A stretch of 64,000 nt of DNA from Candidatus Fervidifonticultor secundus (GTDB lineage Bacteria; Sysuimicrobiota; Sysuimicrobiia; Sysuimicrobiales; Humicultoraceae), in contig JAVKIP010000005.1 of NCBI GenBank assembly GCA_031459385.1, positions 1 through 64,000 of the forward strand, in the 5' to 3' direction. Every line of letters begins with the position of its first letter. Positions within the stretch are counted from its first letter, which is position 1. Below, in pieces: positions 36,189 to 45,178 of this stretch. The position numbers and the translations under genes were made by a program. A model generated the notes under the pieces. The model did not search any database and was not told the origin of the DNA. It saw nothing but the letters and a program-made list of their open reading frames with translations.

Positions 36189-37190
36189 CTACTCGAACCG
36201 GAAGAACTGGCTGAAGATCCGCACCACGTCGGCCGGCGCGCCCAGGACCTCCCGGATGACCCGCAGCGCCTGGTCACCGGGCACGAAGTCGATCTCGAAA
36301 CCCGCCCGCTCAGCTTCGGCCAGGAAGTCGCGGTCTTCGCTCACCCGCTTGAACGCCTCGCGGAAGAGCCTGACGCTCTCCTCCGGCGTGCCGGGCGGCA
36401 TGACGAAGGGACGCCCGATCTCCTCGGGCGTCGAGCGCAGGCGCATCACCGCCTTGGCCCGGGGCTCGGTCACCAGGTCCTCGTCCACCGGCAGCGCCCG
36501 GATAGCCGGGACCGTGGCCCGGGCGCGCACCACGGCCCGCACGAGCCCGCGGTCGATGAACGGCTTCAGCGACGAGTACGAGCCGGCGCGCCCGTCCACT
36601 TCCCGGCGTTCCACCGCCAGCATGATGTCCGCGCTCGAGGGGTACCCGCTGATGATCCGGAGGTTGAACCCTGCCAGGGCCTTGAGGAGCAGTGGGAAGT
36701 CGTAGGTGTTGGCGCCCGGGCCGGTGGCGCCGATGATGACGGCGGGGTCGGCCCGCCGGAGGTCGATCGCCTGCCGGTACGGCAGGTCGGCACGGATGGC
36801 CAGCACCGTGGTCTCGCTGGCGATGCTGCCCACCCACCCGAACCGCAGCATGTCGAACCGCATCCCTTCCACCTTCATGAGCTGGCCCACGACCAGGTTG
36901 CGGTTGAACAGCCCCAGCGTCAGCCCGTCGGGCCGGGCCACGGAGTAGACGTGATTGGCCGCCACGATGCTGTTGGCGCCGGGCATGTTCTGCACGATGG
37001 TCGTGGGGTTGCCCGGGAGGTACTTGGGCAGGTGGCGCGCCACCATGCGCGCGATGCGATCGTACCCTCCGCCGGCGGCGTAGCCGACGACGATCGTCAC
37101 GGTCTTGCCCGCCAGGCTGGGCTGTGGCTGCGCACCCGCCGTCGCGCTTGCCAGGAGCACGAGCACCGCCAGGACCGCGATGACCCTCAT
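36189..37190 (-). CDS. Tripartite tricarboxylate transporter substrate-binding protein (TctC/Bug family)
   Basis: Signal peptide, IVVGYAAGGGYD, VQNMPGA, PDGLTL and GYPSS...LAVERREVDG. Confidence 0.9.
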   Translation of the reverse strand: MRVIAVLAVLVLLASATAGAQPQPSLAGKTVTIVVGYAAGGGYDRIARMVARHLPKYLPGNPTTIVQNMPGANSIVAANHVYSVARPDGLTLGLFNRNLVVGQLMKVEGMRFDMLRFGWVGSIASETTVLAIRADLPYRQAIDLRRADPAVIIGATGPGANTYDFPLLLKALAGFNLRIISGYPSSADIMLAVERREVDGRAGSYSSLKPFIDRGLVRAVVRARATVPAIRALPVDEDLVTEPRAKAVMRLRSTPEEIGRPFVMPPGTPEESVRLFREAFKRVSEDRDFLAEAERAGFEIDFVPGDQALRVIREVLGAPADVVRIFSQFFRFE

Positions 37191-37398
37191 CTCGATCCCC
37201 CCTGCCGCCGTCACGGCATCCCGCGTGGACCACCTCGGGGCCCTCCTCTTCCACCTCCGGCGCTGTGGCTCCTGCGCTGGGACCGTGTCCGCAGCGCGGC
37301 GCCCGGCGGCGCCCGGGGGCCGCCACAAGGGCTCGGCCCCGCGGCCCGCGTATTACCTCGGTGGGCCGCCCGAGGGCAGGCGGCGAAGGGGGCGTTTT

Positions 37399-38505
37399 AT
37401 GGAGCGGATGATGACACGGCTTCCCGACGACTGGGGACAGATGGCATACCGCCGGTTCCTCGAGGCCGAGGGCATTCCCCTCGTCACAGGGCTGGCCGTG
37501 GACGACCTGCACGCCGTGGAGGTGGCGCCCTGGCCGCGCCTGGACGCCCGCGGCGCTTACATCCAGCTGACCGGCGCCGAGGACACCGACAGCGGCCACA
37601 TCCTCGAGATCCCGCCAGGACGGTCCACGGCCCCCGACCGACACCTCTACGAGGAAGTGTTCCTGGCCCTGGCCGGGCGCGGGACGTGCGAGGTCTGGAA
37701 CCAGGCCGGCGCGCACCAGACGTTCGAATGGCAGCGGGGCAGCGTGTTCGCCATCCCCCTCAACACGTCCCACCGCCTGCACAACGGCTCGGGCCGGGAG
37801 CCGGCCCGCCTGCTGGGCGTCACCACCGCCCCGTTGATGATCAACCTGCTGCGCAACCTCGACTTCATCTTCCGCTGCCCGTTCGACTTCACCGACCGCT
37901 TCCAGGGCCAGGCCGACTACTTCACCGGCGAGGGCACCCTCTACACCCGCCCGGATACTACCCAGAAGATCTGGGAGACCAACTTCGTGGCCGACGTCTA
38001 CCGGCTGGGGCTCTACGACTGGGTCGAGCGTGGGGCCGGCGGCAAGCACGTGAAGTTCGAGCTGGCCAACAACGCGCTGATCGCCCACGTCTCCGAGTTC
38101 CCGGTGGGCACCTACAAGAAGGCGCACCGGCATGGGCCCGGCGCCCACGTGGTGATCCTGGAGGGCGAGGGCTTCAGCCTGATGTGGACTGACCAGCACG
38201 AGACGTTCGAGGACATCCGGTGGAAGCCCGGGGCGATGTTCGTGCCGCCGGGGATGTGGTGGCACCAGCACTTCAACACCGGGCGGACGCCGGCGCGCTA
38301 CCTGGCCATCCGGTGGGGCAGCACGCGGTGGAAGATCACTCGCTACCTCGACTACCAGGGCGTGGACAAGAGCGCGAAGGCCGGCGGCAATCAGATCGAG
38401 TACGCCGACCAGGACCCGCGCGTCCACCAGCTCTTCGTCGAGCGCTGCCGGGCCAACGGCGTTGAAGTCAGGATGGACCAGTTCTTTGCGCCCGCGGCGC
38501 GCTAG
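37399..38505 (+). CDS. Bicupin protein 2 (function unknown)
   Basis: DRHLYEE...PLNTSHRLHN and YKKAHRHGPGAHV...WWHQHFN. Clearly paralogous to bicupin 1. Start could be 37399, 37408 or 37411. Confidence 0.87.
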   Translation: MERMMTRLPDDWGQMAYRRFLEAEGIPLVTGLAVDDLHAVEVAPWPRLDARGAYIQLTGAEDTDSGHILEIPPGRSTAPDRHLYEEVFLALAGRGTCEVWNQAGAHQTFEWQRGSVFAIPLNTSHRLHNGSGREPARLLGVTTAPLMINLLRNLDFIFRCPFDFTDRFQGQADYFTGEGTLYTRPDTTQKIWETNFVADVYRLGLYDWVERGAGGKHVKFELANNALIAHVSEFPVGTYKKAHRHGPGAHVVILEGEGFSLMWTDQHETFEDIRWKPGAMFVPPGMWWHQHFNTGRTPARYLAIRWGSTRWKITRYLDYQGVDKSAKAGGNQIEYADQDPRVHQLFVERCRANGVEVRMDQFFAPAAR

Positions 38506-38509
38506 CGCG

Positions 38510-39979
38510 ATGCACGAGTTCGACGAGGACCACATCCACCTCGCCGGCGACGACGGCGCGGCCGTCTACGTCGGCGACCGCGTGGTCCTGCGCAGCGTGG
38601 GCGTCGATATCGGCTCGTCGACCTCGCACATGATCTTCTCGCGGCTCACCCTCGAGCGGCAGGGCCAGCGGCTCTCCAGCCGCTTCGTCGTCACCGCGCG
38701 GGAGGTTCTGTTCCGCTCGCCGGTGATCTTCACGCCCTTCGAGCCCTCAGGCCGGCTCGATGCCCCGGCGCTGGCCCGCTTCATCAACGCCGCCTACAAC
38801 GACGCCGGCGCCCTGCCCGAGCAGGTCGATGCGGGTGCGGTCATCACCACGGGCGAGGCGGCGCGCCGCGAGAACGCCCGGGCCGTGGGCGAGCTCTTTG
38901 CCCGGCACGCCGGCAGGTTCGTCACCGCCACCGCCGGCCCCAACCTCGAGAGCCTGCTGGCCGCGCACGGGTCGGGCGCCGTGGAGTTCTCGAAGAATAC
39001 CACCGACCCGCTGCTCAACGTGGACATCGGCGGCGGCACCACCAAGTTCGCGATCTGCCAGGCCGGGCGCGCAGAGCACACCGGCGCCATCCACCTGGGC
39101 GCACGCCTGCTGGCCTGGGACCCGGCGGGCACCCTGGTCCGGGTCGAGGCCGCCGGCCAGCGGCTCGCGGCGGCCGCGGGCCTGGCCCGGCTCCCCGCAG
39201 TGGGCGACCGGCCCGCGCCCGAGGCGCTGGACCGGCTGGCCGACCACATGGCCGAGGTCGTGCTGCGCATCGTTCAGGGCGCCCGCGACACCGACCTCTG
39301 GATCACCGACCCGCTGCCGCCGGCACCCGCGTGCCGGCACGTCGTCGTCTCGGGCGGGGTGGCCGAGTACGTCTACGGTCGCGAGGCGCGCGAGTTCGGC
39401 GACCTGGGCCCGCGGCTCGCCGCTGCCGTGCGACGCCGCGCCGCGGCGGCGGGCCTGGCACTCTTGGACCCGCGGGAGGGCATCCGCGCCACCTGCATCG
39501 GAGCGTCGCAGTACACGGTGCAGCTGAGCGGCGACACGATCTTCCTCACCGATCCCGGGGTGCTGCCGCTGCACAGCGTGCCGGTGGTGCGCCTGCGGCG
39601 CGCCGGGCCGTCGGCAGACGTGGTGGCCGAGGCGCTGCGCCAGGGCATGGCCCGCCTCGACCTCACGCCCGACGACGCGCCGTTCGCGGTCGCGGTGCAC
39701 TGGCACCACGGCGCCGACTACGCGTCGCTCAGGGAACTGTGCGCCGGCATCACCGCCGCCCTGCCGCGCGGGGGGAACGGCCATCCCCTGCTGGTGGTCA
39801 TCGACGCCGACGTGGCCGGCCTGGTGGGGGCCCTGCTGCGGCAGGAGTTCGGGGTGCCGGGCGAGATCGTCTGCATCGACCAGGTGCTCCTGCGCGAGTT
39901 CGACTACATCGACGTGGGCCGGCCGCTCCCCGACCAGGGCGTGGTGCCGGTAGTGGTCAAGAGCCTGGTCTTCCGCTGA
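38510..39979 (+). CDS. EutA-like (ethanolamine ammonia-lyase reactivase family) ASKHA ATPase
   Basis: SVGVDIGSSTSHMIFSRL, GAVITTGEAARRENA, FVTATAGPNLESLLAAHGSGA, NVDIGGGTTK, IRATCIGASQYTVQLSG and C-terminal DYIDVG...VPVVVKSLVF. Confidence 0.88.
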   Translation: MHEFDEDHIHLAGDDGAAVYVGDRVVLRSVGVDIGSSTSHMIFSRLTLERQGQRLSSRFVVTAREVLFRSPVIFTPFEPSGRLDAPALARFINAAYNDAGALPEQVDAGAVITTGEAARRENARAVGELFARHAGRFVTATAGPNLESLLAAHGSGAVEFSKNTTDPLLNVDIGGGTTKFAICQAGRAEHTGAIHLGARLLAWDPAGTLVRVEAAGQRLAAAAGLARLPAVGDRPAPEALDRLADHMAEVVLRIVQGARDTDLWITDPLPPAPACRHVVVSGGVAEYVYGREAREFGDLGPRLAAAVRRRAAAAGLALLDPREGIRATCIGASQYTVQLSGDTIFLTDPGVLPLHSVPVVRLRRAGPSADVVAEALRQGMARLDLTPDDAPFAVAVHWHHGADYASLRELCAGITAALPRGGNGHPLLVVIDADVAGLVGALLRQEFGVPGEIVCIDQVLLREFDYIDVGRPLPDQGVVPVVVKSLVFR

Positions 39980-40177
39980 GCTCGGTCCACGTCAGAGTGG
40001 TCGCGCAGGCTTGTGCGCCCCGACGCCGGATCTCCACGCGTGGGAAGCCTGGGGCGGCGCGGTTCGTCGGCGTCCACCGATGCACAGGATGTTGCGATCC
40101 TGACTGCCCTGCGCCGAGCAGTAGACGACGTGGAACATCAGTTCCGGGAGCGCGAGGAAGCCGGAGGCGACTTGACG

Positions 40178-41449
40178 CTATGAGCCCGCCCGGCGGTACG
40201 CCGCCCGGGCTCCTCCCGCGCCATTCGGCCGGCACAGGTCGGGCACCGCCGCCACCGCCGCGTTGGCCACCAGCACGGTCGCCGCGATGGCGTAGAAGAC
40301 GGAGGGGAGCCCGTACCGGTCGGCGATGACCCCGCCGGCCAGCGGCGCGAGCGTCGCGCAGGCTGCCTGCGCCGTGAACAGCGCGCCCACGGTGGTCCCC
40401 TCGTACGCCCGCGGCACCACCCCCAGCGCCCAGCGGAAGATCGCCGGCCGCATCGAGTAGACGAAGAACCCCAGCAGCGCCAGCACGGCCACGAACAGCG
40501 GGCCCGAGCCCAGGGCCGCCACCGCCAGCACCACCAGGCTCGTGGTGAGCATCCCCGCCGTGGCCACGCGCTTGGGGCCGAGGCGGTCGGCAAGCGTCCC
40601 CGCCAGCGGGGTGGCCACCATGCCGGAGACCTGCACGAGGGTCATGTACAGGCCCAGCAGCGCCGCAGGCACGTGCAGCGTGTACACCAGGTACAGCGGC
40701 AGGAAGGTGCTCAGGCCCTGCTGGGTCAGAGACCGGATGCCCGAGATGCCGGCCAGGGCCATGAAGCGGGCGTTGCGCACCAGCGCCGCCAGCCCGCCGG
40801 CGTACTCCCGCGCCGTGCGGGCCGGACGGTCGCCGGAGGCACCCACCTGCGTCCGACGCAGCACCTCCAGCAGGGCCAGCGCCAGCGGCAGCCCGAGCGC
40901 CACCGTTGCCGAGAGCACGCCGCGCCACGCCAGCATGCCGACCAGCAGCCCGGCGGCCAGCGGCGCCACCACTTCGCCCACGTTGGCCCCGAGCTCGTGC
41001 AGGGCCAACCCGTAGCCGCGGCGGTCCGGATAGCGCGCCGACAGCGCCGTGATGGCGGCGGGGTGCCAGAGGAACATCGCCACGCCGACCACCGCCATGG
41101 CCGCGACCATCACGGGGAAGCTGCGGCTGAACACGATCGCCAGGTACGGCACCAACGTCAGTAGCAGCGATGCGGTCATGAGGAGGTCGCGCCGCCCCAG
41201 GACGTCTGCGACCGCGCCGGCCGGCAGGTTGACCACGATGCTCATCACCTGGCGCGCGCTGAGCAGCAGCCCCACCTGGCTGAACGACAGGCCCAGGTCG
41301 CGGGCGATGTAGGGCAGCAGCAGTCCGAAGCTGGCGGTCGCGGCGTGGTTCAGGGCGTGGCCGGCCGCGACCGCCCAGAGACCGACATTGCTGCGGTCCG
41401 GCCGCGGCAGCGCAGAGCGCAGGAGGTGCGGCGCAGTGCGCAGCGCCAC
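40178..41449 (-). CDS. MFS transporter
   Basis: About 12 TM helices, GHALNH, GAVADVLGRR, WHPAA and GTLADRLGPK. This is the C-terminal part of the 960-aa ORF in the track. Confidence 0.88.
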   Translation of the reverse strand: MALRTAPHLLRSALPRPDRSNVGLWAVAAGHALNHAATASFGLLLPYIARDLGLSFSQVGLLLSARQVMSIVVNLPAGAVADVLGRRDLLMTASLLLTLVPYLAIVFSRSFPVMVAAMAVVGVAMFLWHPAAITALSARYPDRRGYGLALHELGANVGEVVAPLAAGLLVGMLAWRGVLSATVALGLPLALALLEVLRRTQVGASGDRPARTAREYAGGLAALVRNARFMALAGISGIRSLTQQGLSTFLPLYLVYTLHVPAALLGLYMTLVQVSGMVATPLAGTLADRLGPKRVATAGMLTTSLVVLAVAALGSGPLFVAVLALLGFFVYSMRPAIFRWALGVVPRAYEGTTVGALFTAQAACATLAPLAGGVIADRYGLPSVFYAIAATVLVANAAVAAVPDLCRPNGAGGARAAYRRAGS

Positions 41450-41451
41450 GC

Positions 41452-43296
41452 TCAGCGGTTCTGCATGACGACGTCGACCAGGGCGGGCCGCCGCTCGCGC
41501 GCCACCACCCGGGCCGCGCGCGCGAGCGTCGCGCGCAGCTGGCCGGGGTCCTCGACCGGCCCCCAGGCCTCGATGCCGAAGCTGCGGGCCAGGGCCGCGA
41601 AGTCCACCGGCGGGTCCTTCATCGCCTGCCCGATGTGCGCACGCTCCACCGGGCGGCCGCGCGCCCGCGCCATCAGGACCTGGTGCTCTTCGTCGTTGTA
41701 GTAGGTCCGGTTGTTGAACATCACCACGAGCAGGGGAATCCGGTGGTGGGCCGCGGTCCACAGGGCGCTGGGCGTGTACAGCAGGTCGCCGTCGGGCTGG
41801 ATGTCGATGCACAGGCGCTGCCCGCCGTACGCCAGCGCGGCCCCCACCGCGTGCCCGAGGCCGTAGCCGACGCCGCCACCTTTGTGCGCGCCCACGTACG
41901 GCACGCGGCCTGGCCGCAACGGCCAGTCCCACAGGCGGCGCGTCCAGCCGCGCAGGGTGCGGTTGACCAGCACCCAGTCCTCGCCCCCGACAACGTCGCC
42001 CAGGTCGAGCGCCAGCCGCGGCAGCGCGATCGGCCGCGCCTCGCGCGCGCGCTCGGCCGCGGCGCGCCACCGGGCGCGCAGCGCGTGATGGAGGCGCGCC
42101 AGGCGCGCCCGGCGCCGGTCCAGGCGGGCCCGCAGGGCGCTCTGCCCCCGCACCAGCCGCGCGCACCGCGCAGCGAGCGCCGGCAGCGCCAGCGCCGTGT
42201 CGGCGGTGATGGGCAGGTCCACCGGCTGCAGCCGCCCGTGCTCCTGGATCCAGCTGCGCACCACCAGGTCGTTGAGCGAGATGTGAATCACCCGGGCGCC
42301 GGCGCGCAGCCGCGTCCGGGCCCGGCGCGCGGTCCGGTCGGTGGTCGAGGTGGCCATCTCGAGGTCGAAGACGTCGAGCGCCAGGACCACGTCGGCCTGC
42401 GGCAGCAGGTCGTCCTCGGCCCCGGTCAGGTCCAGCGGGTGGGTGTTGGGGAAGTTGAAGCGGCTGCCCAGGTCGATCACCGGGAGCGCCATCGTCTCGG
42501 CCAGCCGGACCAGCGCGGCCACCGCGTCCGGCGTGCGCCCCACGTAGTCGGCCAGCACGACCGGCCGCGCGGCCCCGGCGAGCCAGCGCGCCGCGACCTC
42601 CAGGGCGGCAGGATCGGCCTGCGCGCGGGCGGGCGGGGCGTACCGGCGCAGGTCCGGCAGCGCTACGGGCCCATCCAGCGCCTGTTCCTGCAGGCCCGCG
42701 TCGAAGCACAGGTAGACGGGGCCCTGCGGCTCGGTGGTGGCGATGCGGTAGCCGCGGACGAACGACTCCACGAACCCCGTCAGGCTGGCCGGCTGGTCGT
42801 CCCACTTCACGTAGTCGCGCACGGCGTTGCCCTGCACCAGGGCGGTGTGGATCCAGTCGATCCAGGGCCGGCGGGTCTCCACGGGCATGGGCCCGGTCCC
42901 GCCCAGCACCAGCACCGGCGTGCGGTCGAGCCAGGCGGTGTAGATGGCCATGGCTGCGTGCAGCAGGCCCACGACGTCGTGGACGATCGCCGCCATCGGG
43001 CGCCCGCGGGCTTTGGCGTAGCCCTGGGCCACGGCCACCGCGATCTCCTCGTGGTTGCACAGGACGATCTGCGGGGCGCGGTTGCCCCCGTAGTTCACGA
43101 TGGAGTCGTGCAGCCCCCGGAAGGTGGCACCGGGATTCAGCGCGGCGTACTCGATCCCGTACGCCCGCATGAGGTCCACCAGGAGATCCGAGCCGTACGC
43201 CGCGCGCTGCGTCCCCCGCGCGCGCCGGCGCGGCCGGCCCCCTGCTGCGGCCTCCGGCGCGCCGGGCTCAGGGGCAGGTGCCGGCGAAGCGCGCAT
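41452..43296 (-). CDS. Thiamine diphosphate-dependent enzyme (acetolactate synthase/benzoylformate decarboxylase superfamily)
   Basis: YGSD, NPGATFRGLHDS, catalytic HEE, GPVY, and ThDP/Mg motif variant QPDGDLLY...FNNRTY. Start uncertain. Confidence 0.88.
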   Translation of the reverse strand: MRASPAPAPEPGAPEAAAGGRPRRRARGTQRAAYGSDLLVDLMRAYGIEYAALNPGATFRGLHDSIVNYGGNRAPQIVLCNHEEIAVAVAQGYAKARGRPMAAIVHDVVGLLHAAMAIYTAWLDRTPVLVLGGTGPMPVETRRPWIDWIHTALVQGNAVRDYVKWDDQPASLTGFVESFVRGYRIATTEPQGPVYLCFDAGLQEQALDGPVALPDLRRYAPPARAQADPAALEVAARWLAGAARPVVLADYVGRTPDAVAALVRLAETMALPVIDLGSRFNFPNTHPLDLTGAEDDLLPQADVVLALDVFDLEMATSTTDRTARRARTRLRAGARVIHISLNDLVVRSWIQEHGRLQPVDLPITADTALALPALAARCARLVRGQSALRARLDRRRARLARLHHALRARWRAAAERAREARPIALPRLALDLGDVVGGEDWVLVNRTLRGWTRRLWDWPLRPGRVPYVGAHKGGGVGYGLGHAVGAALAYGGQRLCIDIQPDGDLLYTPSALWTAAHHRIPLLVVMFNNRTYYNDEEHQVLMARARGRPVERAHIGQAMKDPPVDFAALARSFGIEAWGPVEDPGQLRATLARAARVVARERRPALVDVVMQNR

Positions 43297-44311
43297 CCGC
43301 GAACTCCTCGAAGGTAATCGCCTGCCGGACGAGCTGGAACTCCACGGCCACGTCCATCTCCGCCTGGAAGCCCCGCCGGCTGAGGCACCCGTCTCCGAAC
43401 CCGCCCTTGATCCGTTCCACCATCTTGAGGATCAGCGCCGGATCGACGCCCTTGTACTGCTCGGCGCCCCGCGGCGTGGCCAGCACGGCCTCGACGACCT
43501 CGCGGCTCGGGCGCGCGCGGATGAAGGCCAGGGCCTTCCGGTGGGCGGCGACGACCCGCCGCACCAGGCCCGGGTTGCGGGCGATCACGTCCTCCCGCGT
43601 GACCAGCACGTTGGCCAGCGCCTTCTCCCCGAACCACTTGCGGTGCTCCGCGGGCTCCCAGATCGGCACCAGCGGCACCGCCACACCGTCTTCCAGCACG
43701 CGCGTCGTCGTGGGCTCCCAGGTGGGGAAGGCGTCCACGCGGCCGGTCCGCAGCGCCGTGTAGATCACCCCGGCGTCGGCGCCCAGGGGCAGGAACTGCA
43801 CATCCCGCTGGGGATCGAGGCCGCTCTTCTTCAAGTAGAGGCTGGCCGCGGCCCAGGCGCCGGCCCCGGGCGCAGAGAACCCGACCCGCCGGCCCCGGAG
43901 GTCGGCCACGGTGCGGACGCTGTCGCGCAGCTCGGACCGGACCACCAGGCTGAAGATCTCGCGGTCGTGCAGCGCTGTCACCGCGCGCCAGGGCGACCCC
44001 GCGATGCGCGCGATGGGCACGTGCACGAAGGCGAAGAGGCCGAAGTCGAACTCGCGGGCGATCATGGCGGCCCGGAGCGTGCCGCCCGAGCCCAGCACGA
44101 ACTCGGCCAGCTCTATGCCCTCCTCCTGGAAGAACCCCCGCGCGTCCGCGACCAGCGCGGGCAGGTTCTGCTCGGCCGACAACGCGCCGGGCAAGCGCAG
44201 CCGGTAGAGGACGCCGGGTCCGGCCGCAGCGGTGGCGGTCACCGCCAGCAGCAGCGCGCCCTGCAGCGCCAGGCCCCACCACGCGTGCGCGACGCGTGCG
44301 GACGATCTCAT
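43268..44311 (-). CDS. ABC substrate-binding protein (NMT1/SsuA-like)
   Basis: Signal peptide, VADARGFFQEEGIE and DLRGRRVGFSAPGA. Confidence 0.87.
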   Translation of the reverse strand: MRSSARVAHAWWGLALQGALLLAVTATAAAGPGVLYRLRLPGALSAEQNLPALVADARGFFQEEGIELAEFVLGSGGTLRAAMIAREFDFGLFAFVHVPIARIAGSPWRAVTALHDREIFSLVVRSELRDSVRTVADLRGRRVGFSAPGAGAWAAASLYLKKSGLDPQRDVQFLPLGADAGVIYTALRTGRVDAFPTWEPTTTRVLEDGVAVPLVPIWEPAEHRKWFGEKALANVLVTREDVIARNPGLVRRVVAAHRKALAFIRARPSREVVEAVLATPRGAEQYKGVDPALILKMVERIKGGFGDGCLSRRGFQAEMDVAVEFQLVRQAITFEEFADARFAGTCP

Positions 44312-44321
44312 CGGCCACCCC

Positions 44322-45173
44322 CTATCCCATGTCGACGGCGCCGGGCCGCCACCGGAGCATGTAGACCTCTACCCGACGGGAAAGCTCCACCAGCGCTACG
44401 GCCACGACCATGAGGAAGATCATGATGGCGAAGACGCGCTCGGTGTGCAGCAACCCGGCGGCCAGGAGCATCCGGTAGCCGAGGCCGCCGGTCGCGCCGA
44501 CGAACTCCCCGACCACCGCGCCGGAGAGCGCGAAGCTCACGCTGGTTCGGAGCGCCGCGAAGACCCAGCTGGCGACGGTAGGGACGACCACCATCCGCAC
44601 CACGTGGCGCGGCCCCCCGCCCATGACGCGCACAGCCTTCACCAGCTCCGGGTCCACGGTGCGGACGCCCAGGAACGTGTTGAAGAAGACGACGAAGAAG
44701 ACCGTGAACAGACTCAGGGCCACCTTGGACGTCAGGCCGAGGCCGAACCACAGGATCAGAATCGGCGCCACCGTAATGCGCGGAAGGGAGTTCAGGGCCA
44801 CCATGATGGGCTCGAAGACCGCCGCGAGCGTCCGCTGGTAGCCGAACAGCAGCCCCACAGCGATCCCCCCGGCCGTGCCCAGCGCGAGCCCCAGGAACGC
44901 TTCCCCCAGCGTCGTCTGGAGGTCGCGCCCCAGCAGCCCCGAGCGCGCGTAGTCCACGATGTCGGCAGCGATCCGCGAGGGCCGGGCCAGGATGGCGGTC
45001 TCGAACGCCCTCCACCCCAGGCCCAGGCCGCCCGTGGCCGCTTCCCACGCCAGCACGACGGCCACCACAAGCAGCAGGCGCAGGCCGACGATCGCGGCGC
45101 CGCTGCCGGCCCCCGCGCGCGGGCGGTGTCGCCGGACCCGCATCGCCCCCACCTGCTGTGCGCTCGCGCCCAT
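44322..45173 (-). CDS. ABC permease (NitT/TauT family)
   Basis: LPRITVAPILILWFGLG and GAVVGEFVG. Confidence 0.9.
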   Translation of the reverse strand: MGASAQQVGAMRVRRHRPRAGAGSGAAIVGLRLLLVVAVVLAWEAATGGLGLGWRAFETAILARPSRIAADIVDYARSGLLGRDLQTTLGEAFLGLALGTAGGIAVGLLFGYQRTLAAVFEPIMVALNSLPRITVAPILILWFGLGLTSKVALSLFTVFFVVFFNTFLGVRTVDPELVKAVRVMGGGPRHVVRMVVVPTVASWVFAALRTSVSFALSGAVVGEFVGATGGLGYRMLLAAGLLHTERVFAIMIFLMVVAVALVELSRRVEVYMLRWRPGAVDMG

Positions 45174-45178
45174 CGGGC

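Noticed and set aside
38510..39979. Ethanolamine utilisation locus
   Set aside because: No eutBC, shell proteins or related genes in the window.
40178..43060. 960-aa ORF suggesting an extended MFS
   Set aside because: The N-terminal part is an alternative frame of the ThDP enzyme gene; the MFS begins near 41449.
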